DNA of 34,762 bases from an uncultured Methylomonas sp. (lineage in GTDB: Bacteria > Pseudomonadota > Gammaproteobacteria > Methylococcales > Methylomonadaceae): contig CAZJYS010000002.1 of assembly GCA_964550075.1 (NCBI GenBank), forward strand, positions 1 through 34,762, written 5' to 3'. The translations under genes were made by a program, and so were the position numbers. The notes below the pieces were generated by a model. That model was not told the origin of the DNA, did no database searches, and worked only from the letters and a program-made list of their open reading frames with translations. Shown here one piece after another: positions 29,644-34,762 of this stretch. Every line of letters begins with the position of its first letter. Positions within the stretch are counted from its first letter, which is position 1.

Positions 29644-29675
29644 GTTCAGAGACGTAAATTCTTACGTCTCTGAAC
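29644..29675. terminator. Perfect 14-bp inverted repeat between convergent MCP and comEC (likely bidirectional terminator)
   Basis: GTTCAGAGACGTAA-ATTC-TTACGTCTCTGAAC fills most of the 47-nt gap between the two stop codons. Confidence 0.75.
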
Positions 29676-29677
29676 TG

Positions 29678-31951
29678 TTAGTTAGTATCCAACATCCAGT
29701 ATCTATGTCTTGTTTGCCTTGACGTTTCCACCTCCAAACCCGAATCACCAGCTTTAACGCTAATAGCACCATGCAAGCCGGTAATCAGCGTTTGAGTATT
29801 CATGCGTTGATAACGCCGCATAACCTGAGCATGCGGAAAGCCGAATCGATTCAGGTGTCCAGCCGGAATTAATACCCATGCCGGTCTGACTTGTTGAAGA
29901 AATGGGTAACTGGATGAGGTTTTGCTGCCATGGTGTGGTGCGATCAGCACCGTACTGCGCAGTCTTTCACCGTAGCGTTCAACCAATAGGTTTTCAGCAT
30001 CCGCTTCAATATCGCCAGTCAATAAAAAGCTCTGTTTCAAGCCGGTAATTTTTAACACACAGGATCTATCATTTTCCGATTCGGATTGACCCGCGATTGG
30101 AGCTAAAACCGTAAACTCAACCCCATCCCATGACCAGCCCTGCCCTGCTTGACAATATTGACCATGGTCATGTTCCGCCCATTGGGCGACACTGCTATAA
30201 ACCTCAGTAATCGGTAAAGCAGCCATCAATGATGCGGCGCCGCCACTATGATCTATGTCACCGTGGCTAATCATTAAATTATCCAGCGCGTTGATATTTT
30301 GATAGCGCAGAAATGGCAATAGCACCGACTCTCCCATATCGGATTGCTCTGAATATTTTGCTCCGGTATCAAATACCAAAGAGTGGTGTTCGGTTTGCAC
30401 AACCGTTGCCAAGCCTTGACCTACATCCAGCAAAGTTAACCAAATTTCACCGGCTTTGGGTTTATCGACCTGCACAAAGAAGGCTGGTAACAATAGAATT
30501 GGACTCAAATACCGTCCCGGTATACCTCTGGGCGCTAAAAGCAAAATAATGCCACCCACTGCCAACAATACCGCATACCAAGGTGGCTGGGAACAATTCA
30601 AGTTAATTGCAGGCAAAACCGTTAGTTGCTGTAAAAACCATTCCTGAACTTGTAACAACCCGTCAACAGGCCATAACAACCAAGCAGCCAGCTTGTCGGA
30701 TAGCAAAGCGATTGCTGTCCCCAACAAAGCCAAGGGTGTAATCAAAAACCCCACTAAAGGCACTGCCAACCAGTTAGCTAAGGGCGCAATGAGTGACACT
30801 TGCTGAAAAAATACCATCAATAAAGGCGCCAACCCCACCGCCATGGCAAAATGCAACTTAAAAGCCTCTTGCCAGTAGGTGTTATGCCCCAGCCTTCCTG
30901 ATGATATAAAGATCAGTAATGCGACCGCTACAAAAGATAACCAAAAGCCAGCCGAAATGACCGCCAGCGGGTCAACCAGCACCACCACTAATAATGCCAG
31001 GGCTAGTACTGGCATAGCCGCCGTGTGTCGCTGACGCACGATAGACCACAAACCCACCGACAACATCAACATGGCTCGCTGAGTGGGAATTGAAAATCCG
31101 GATAAGCCCGCATAAAACAAAGCGGCAAACCATGCCAATAATGCAGCGACATTTTGCGGGGATATCTGCAAACTACCCCAACGGATCCAGAATCGCCGAA
31201 CAAGCAAGAACACCAACCCGGCTATCAAACTGATATGGGAACCGGAAATAACCATTAAATGCACAATCCCGGTTTGTCTGAATAACGCCCATTGCTGCTG
31301 ACTAATTAAATCCTGACTGCCGATGGTTAAAGCTTTAATCACCCCAAGTTGCTTGCTATCCGGCAAAGCTTTATCCAAATGATCAGAAATGGCTTGTCGG
31401 CAAACGGCTATAGTCCGCTGGATGTTGAATACAGTCGACAGCGGCTGAGGTTGCGAATTGGTCCGCACATAACCGGTAGCCCCCACATGATTGGCAAACA
31501 ACCAGGCTTCATAATCAAACCCACCGGGATTACTGCGACCATGCGGTCTTTTAAGTCTCACCGACATTTCCCAAGCCTGACCAGCCTGCAATGCGACTTT
31601 GGGGTTATACCAATTCAAATGCAGTTTGACAGGAATACCCGGCTGGGCTTGTGTCACCACAAAATCAAAACTTAACCGATTGTCTTGATGTTCCGGCAAA
31701 CTGAGAATATACCCCTGCAGTTTTATATCTTGACCTTGTAAATTCAAGGCAAGCGTTTCCGATAAACGCCAGTCACCATAAACACTGGCCCACAGCACAC
31801 CCAATAGCACTGCCCAAGCTATCCATAGGCGAAATACAGCCAATAACAGAACCATCCCAACCAACAAAAACCATTCCAGACCGATCGGCAACCTGGACCA
31901 ATGCTGAACCCAAGTGACACCCGCTACAAAAGCCAGTTTGCCGAGACTCAT
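29678..31951 (-). CDS. comEC: DNA internalization competence protein ComEC/Rec2
   Basis: NPGGFDYE, HLMVISGSH and GFWLSF motifs, plus a C-terminal metallo-beta-lactamase domain (LDVGQG, SHGDIDHSGG, TGDIE, PHHGSKTSS, NRFGFPH). Confidence 0.97.
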   Translation of the reverse strand: MSLGKLAFVAGVTWVQHWSRLPIGLEWFLLVGMVLLLAVFRLWIAWAVLLGVLWASVYGDWRLSETLALNLQGQDIKLQGYILSLPEHQDNRLSFDFVVTQAQPGIPVKLHLNWYNPKVALQAGQAWEMSVRLKRPHGRSNPGGFDYEAWLFANHVGATGYVRTNSQPQPLSTVFNIQRTIAVCRQAISDHLDKALPDSKQLGVIKALTIGSQDLISQQQWALFRQTGIVHLMVISGSHISLIAGLVFLLVRRFWIRWGSLQISPQNVAALLAWFAALFYAGLSGFSIPTQRAMLMLSVGLWSIVRQRHTAAMPVLALALLVVVLVDPLAVISAGFWLSFVAVALLIFISSGRLGHNTYWQEAFKLHFAMAVGLAPLLMVFFQQVSLIAPLANWLAVPLVGFLITPLALLGTAIALLSDKLAAWLLWPVDGLLQVQEWFLQQLTVLPAINLNCSQPPWYAVLLAVGGIILLLAPRGIPGRYLSPILLLPAFFVQVDKPKAGEIWLTLLDVGQGLATVVQTEHHSLVFDTGAKYSEQSDMGESVLLPFLRYQNINALDNLMISHGDIDHSGGAASLMAALPITEVYSSVAQWAEHDHGQYCQAGQGWSWDGVEFTVLAPIAGQSESENDRSCVLKITGLKQSFLLTGDIEADAENLLVERYGERLRSTVLIAPHHGSKTSSSYPFLQQVRPAWVLIPAGHLNRFGFPHAQVMRRYQRMNTQTLITGLHGAISVKAGDSGLEVETSRQTRHRYWMLDTN

Positions 31952-32061
31952 AAAACCACGCTAACCCATATAGGGGCATTGATTTTGCTGATATGCACAG
32001 CCGCCTGTAAACTAGGGGTTTCCGTATCTATTAATAGTTTTTTCTGCACCTTGATCCTTCA

Positions 32062-33339
32062 ATGTCATTCCAATTTCTTCGTTTAATCACCCATGCGCAT
32101 TGGGTGAAATGTCACCTTTATCTGGCGCTGGTTTTAGGTTTATTTTTTGCAGTCATCGGTCTAACAGGTAGTTTGAGCGTCTATCGCGAAGCATTGGATA
32201 TTCTCTTCAATCCTGAGCTCGAAATAGCCAATCCGCATACCCCAAAATTATCGCTGGATCGCATTTTAGGAGCGCTGCGAAAAGCCCACCCCAACCGCCA
32301 CGGGGCCTGGACACTGGAATTACCCAGAGATGAAAACACGGCCATCACAGCCTGGTTTGATAAGCCACGTGAAAGTGTAGATAAATTTTACGCACCGTTG
32401 ATGGTCGCGGTAAATCCCTATACTGGCGAAATTATCAGCAACCGCTTTTGGGGTGAAACTTTCACCACCGCCCTACTGAATTTGCATACCGATTTGCTGA
32501 TGGAAAATAGTGGCCGCTACTATGTCGCCGCTCTCGGTATCCTGTTAACCCTCTCAGTCATCAGCGGCCTGTATTTATGGTGGCCGGGGCTGGCAAAACT
32601 CAGACAGACATTTGCAATCCGGCATAATGCAGGATTGATGCGCTTATTAATGGATACTCATCGTTTACTAGGTTTTTTCAGCGCACCGTTTTTGCTTTTG
32701 CTGGCCTTTACCGGTTTTCATTTGGCCTATCCGAACTTACTGGAAACACTCACGGCATCAACCGGCATGAGTCACGGCAATGAAGGCCCCAATGTCAGCA
32801 GCACATCGATACCCAACAATAGACCTATCAGTATTGCCGAAGCGGTTCTGGTAGCACGTGGTCTATTTCCCAGCTCGGAGGTTCGGCGTATTACCACCCC
32901 ACAGGGCGATTTGGGGACCTATCGGGTTAATTTACGCCAACGTCACGAACTCAATCAGCATCATCCCTTTACTACAGTATGGATTGATCGTTGGAGTGGA
33001 CAGATCAAAAGCGTGAACAATCCCAACCAGTTTAGCATGGGTCAAACATTTACCACCTGGCAATGGCCATTGCATACCGGTGAAGCATTCGGAGATACAG
33101 GCCGATTGATCTGGTTTGTTCTAGGTTTATTGCCCAGTTTTTTCTATGTCAGTGGCGTTGTGCACTGGCTTCATCGAAAAGGCCTGATTCAGGATAAAGC
33201 CATCGATTTACCCGCCAGCTCTCGGCGTTTAAGCACCTGGACAATCGATTGTTGCAAAAAGGCCTGGCGCAATATACAACCATTATTGCATAGAGGATTG
33301 GTTAAATTCCGCCACTTGCTATCCGGGTTGAAAGAATAA
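32062..33339 (+). CDS. PepSY-associated TM helix domain membrane protein
   Basis: HLYLALVLG..F..IGLTGS, NPYTGE, LHTDLL, SGLYLWWP, HRLLG and WPLHTG motifs, with four TM segments. Confidence 0.92.
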   Translation: MSFQFLRLITHAHWVKCHLYLALVLGLFFAVIGLTGSLSVYREALDILFNPELEIANPHTPKLSLDRILGALRKAHPNRHGAWTLELPRDENTAITAWFDKPRESVDKFYAPLMVAVNPYTGEIISNRFWGETFTTALLNLHTDLLMENSGRYYVAALGILLTLSVISGLYLWWPGLAKLRQTFAIRHNAGLMRLLMDTHRLLGFFSAPFLLLLAFTGFHLAYPNLLETLTASTGMSHGNEGPNVSSTSIPNNRPISIAEAVLVARGLFPSSEVRRITTPQGDLGTYRVNLRQRHELNQHHPFTTVWIDRWSGQIKSVNNPNQFSMGQTFTTWQWPLHTGEAFGDTGRLIWFVLGLLPSFFYVSGVVHWLHRKGLIQDKAIDLPASSRRLSTWTIDCCKKAWRNIQPLLHRGLVKFRHLLSGLKE

Positions 33340-33341
33340 TA

Positions 33342-33387
33342 GGATGCAATAAATTGTAATTGCGGATGCTTTAAAAATTAATTGCGG
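33342..33387. repeat. Imperfect 22-bp tandem duplication
   Basis: GGATGCAATAAATTGTAATTGC (33342-33363) and GGATGCTTTAAAAATTAATTGC (33364-33385) are 17/22 identical and followed by GG. Confidence 0.55.
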
Positions 33388-33496
33388 TAAGAGCAATGAG
33401 ACCCAGCTATTTGATTTTCAACACACTATCTATCAATAAAGCAAATACATGCACAATCTGATCGAAAACTCGTTTTGCATCTTCCGGAGATTATCC

Positions 33497-33847
33497 ATGA
33501 AACATCGCCTTATGATTGCCATCACCTTAATGATTATCGCATTCACATCAGCCCCCCAGGCCGGTTCGCTCAAGAATGGTGTCTGGACTGCGGATGGTTG
33601 TGGCAAACAACCAGCCCCCCCGACTGTCAACGATATCGACATAGAGGCTTACAACCAAAGCATACAAGAGATTAACGACTGGCAGCAAAAATCCAGAGCG
33701 TATTTTGAATGTGTGGTCCAGGAAGCAAATAACGATAATCAAAAGATTGTCGACTCCACCAACAAACAACAAGCCAGCTACCGCGAAACATTGAACAAAG
33801 TCACCGCAGAGGCCGAAGCCGCATCCAAAAATTTCGTTCAACCTTAA
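33497..33847 (+). CDS. Small secreted hypothetical protein (116 aa), two Cys, helical
   Basis: GGAG at 33486-33489 precedes the ATG at 33497. Signal peptide MKHRLMIAITLMIIAFTSAPQA. Confidence 0.82.
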   Translation: MKHRLMIAITLMIIAFTSAPQAGSLKNGVWTADGCGKQPAPPTVNDIDIEAYNQSIQEINDWQQKSRAYFECVVQEANNDNQKIVDSTNKQQASYRETLNKVTAEAEAASKNFVQP

Positions 33848-33910
33848 TTGATACATTGGATTGGCAATCAGCCACTCCACAGCGATCCAGCGTAATTCCG
33901 GGGAATCAAG

Positions 33911-34441
33911 ATGAACAAAAAAACAATAAGAAAATACCTTCCTGATCCTGAAAAAATTAAATCGATCAAAAGCTTGCAGTTTTTGGGCAATCGTTTGCAC
34001 GATCCTAATTTATGGCGTTTAAACCGAAACTCAGTCTCTTTAGCTTTTGCTATCGGCTTGTTTTTTGCCTGGATGCCGGCACCGACACAAATGGCTATGG
34101 CTGCCGCTGCGGCCCTGTATTTTCGGGCCAATCTACCCATTTCAGTCGCACTGGTGTGGATCACCAACCCTCTCACCATGCCGCCGTTATTTTATTTTGC
34201 TTATCGTTTAGGCATCTGGTTACTGGATAAACCCCATTTCGATATCGATTTTTCAGTCGATACAATATTTTCCAGTATGGCCACTATCGGCGGCCCTTTT
34301 TTGTTGGGTTGCCTAGTTCTAGCTGTCAGTTGCTCATGTCTGGGTTATTTCGGCATGAAACTATTTTGGCGCTGGAATGCAATCTATCGTTGGCAATTAA
34401 GGGAAAAGGCTCGTGGTTATCAACAATCGACACGCTTTTGA
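33911..34441 (+). CDS. DUF2062 family membrane protein
   Basis: LHDPNLWRLNR.SV..AFAIGLF.A..P.P.QM and ANLPISVALVWITNPLTMPPLFY motifs. Confidence 0.92.
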   Translation: MNKKTIRKYLPDPEKIKSIKSLQFLGNRLHDPNLWRLNRNSVSLAFAIGLFFAWMPAPTQMAMAAAAALYFRANLPISVALVWITNPLTMPPLFYFAYRLGIWLLDKPHFDIDFSVDTIFSSMATIGGPFLLGCLVLAVSCSCLGYFGMKLFWRWNAIYRWQLREKARGYQQSTRF

Positions 34442-34689
34442 TATCGAGTAAAACTACTCTTCTGTGGCACCCCATCCCCACCAAGCCGGTTCTTGAAGGT
34501 TTGGGATTTAATGGTTTTTTCAATGCCAAATAATGGCTTACACCGAATCTGAAGTCTTAACTTTCCACTGTGTGATCAGTGATGTATTTAACAATCTGCG
34601 GTTGTTGATGATTTTTTTTGATCGTTTTTGTTATTAGTGTAATGGCCATCACATGAAAATTGGCAGGCAGCCCCTTAACACTTAAATTT

Positions 34690-34761
34690 TTAGAGTAGGC
34701 TTGGCGGGACGGATTCAGAATCATCAAATAACGATGTATCAAGGAATAACCCGCCTTCTCC
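34690..34761 (-). CDS. Possible C-terminal end of a gene entering from beyond the window
   Basis: Frame open from the right edge, reading GEGGLFLDTSLFDDSESVPPSLL-stop. Too short to identify, and another frame (stop at 34557) is also open. Confidence 0.25.
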   Translation of the reverse strand, partial: GEGGLFLDTSLFDDSESVPPSLL

Positions 34762-34762
34762 A

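Noticed and set aside
34557-34742. 61-aa minus-strand ORF at the right edge
   Set aside because: AT-rich with no recognisable motif, and it competes with another open frame. It cannot be resolved without flanking sequence.
1-34762. Mobile elements, CRISPR arrays, tRNA/rRNA genes and anti-phage defence systems
   Set aside because: No transposase, integrase, Cas or defence-like ORFs, regular repeat-spacer arrays or tRNA cloverleafs were seen. Intergenic gaps are short.

Overview
A mostly core-chromosomal window from a gammaproteobacterium. The mxaD/mxaE-like pair together with the gammaproteobacterial gyrA-serC-pheA-hisC-tyrA-aroA-cmk-rpsA-ihfB superoperon suggests a Methylococcales methanotroph (inference). 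From left to right: the 3' end of feoB plus feoC; a minus-strand run of mxaD, an mxaE-like YVTN beta-propeller and two small unknown genes; sbcB; a small Arg-Arg-repeat protein divergent from uvrA; a GGDEF protein; an esterase-esterase-MFP-RND run directly downstream of ihfB; the superoperon; a dienelactone hydrolase; an LMW phosphatase; a heme-c chemoreceptor; comEC; a PepSY-TM protein; a small secreted protein; and a DUF2062 gene. I saw no rRNA, tRNA, CRISPR array, transposase or integrase. The best leads for undescribed biology are (1) a ~75-aa protein made only of the ParB N-terminal ParA-activating peptide plus a coiled coil, (2) a 103-aa protein built on period-5 RR repeats that may be a stand-alone c-di-GMP receptor, (3) a possible PC4-fold small protein, and (4) the double-esterase/RND run with a structured leader. 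All family calls come from motif recognition by eye; no database searches were run.
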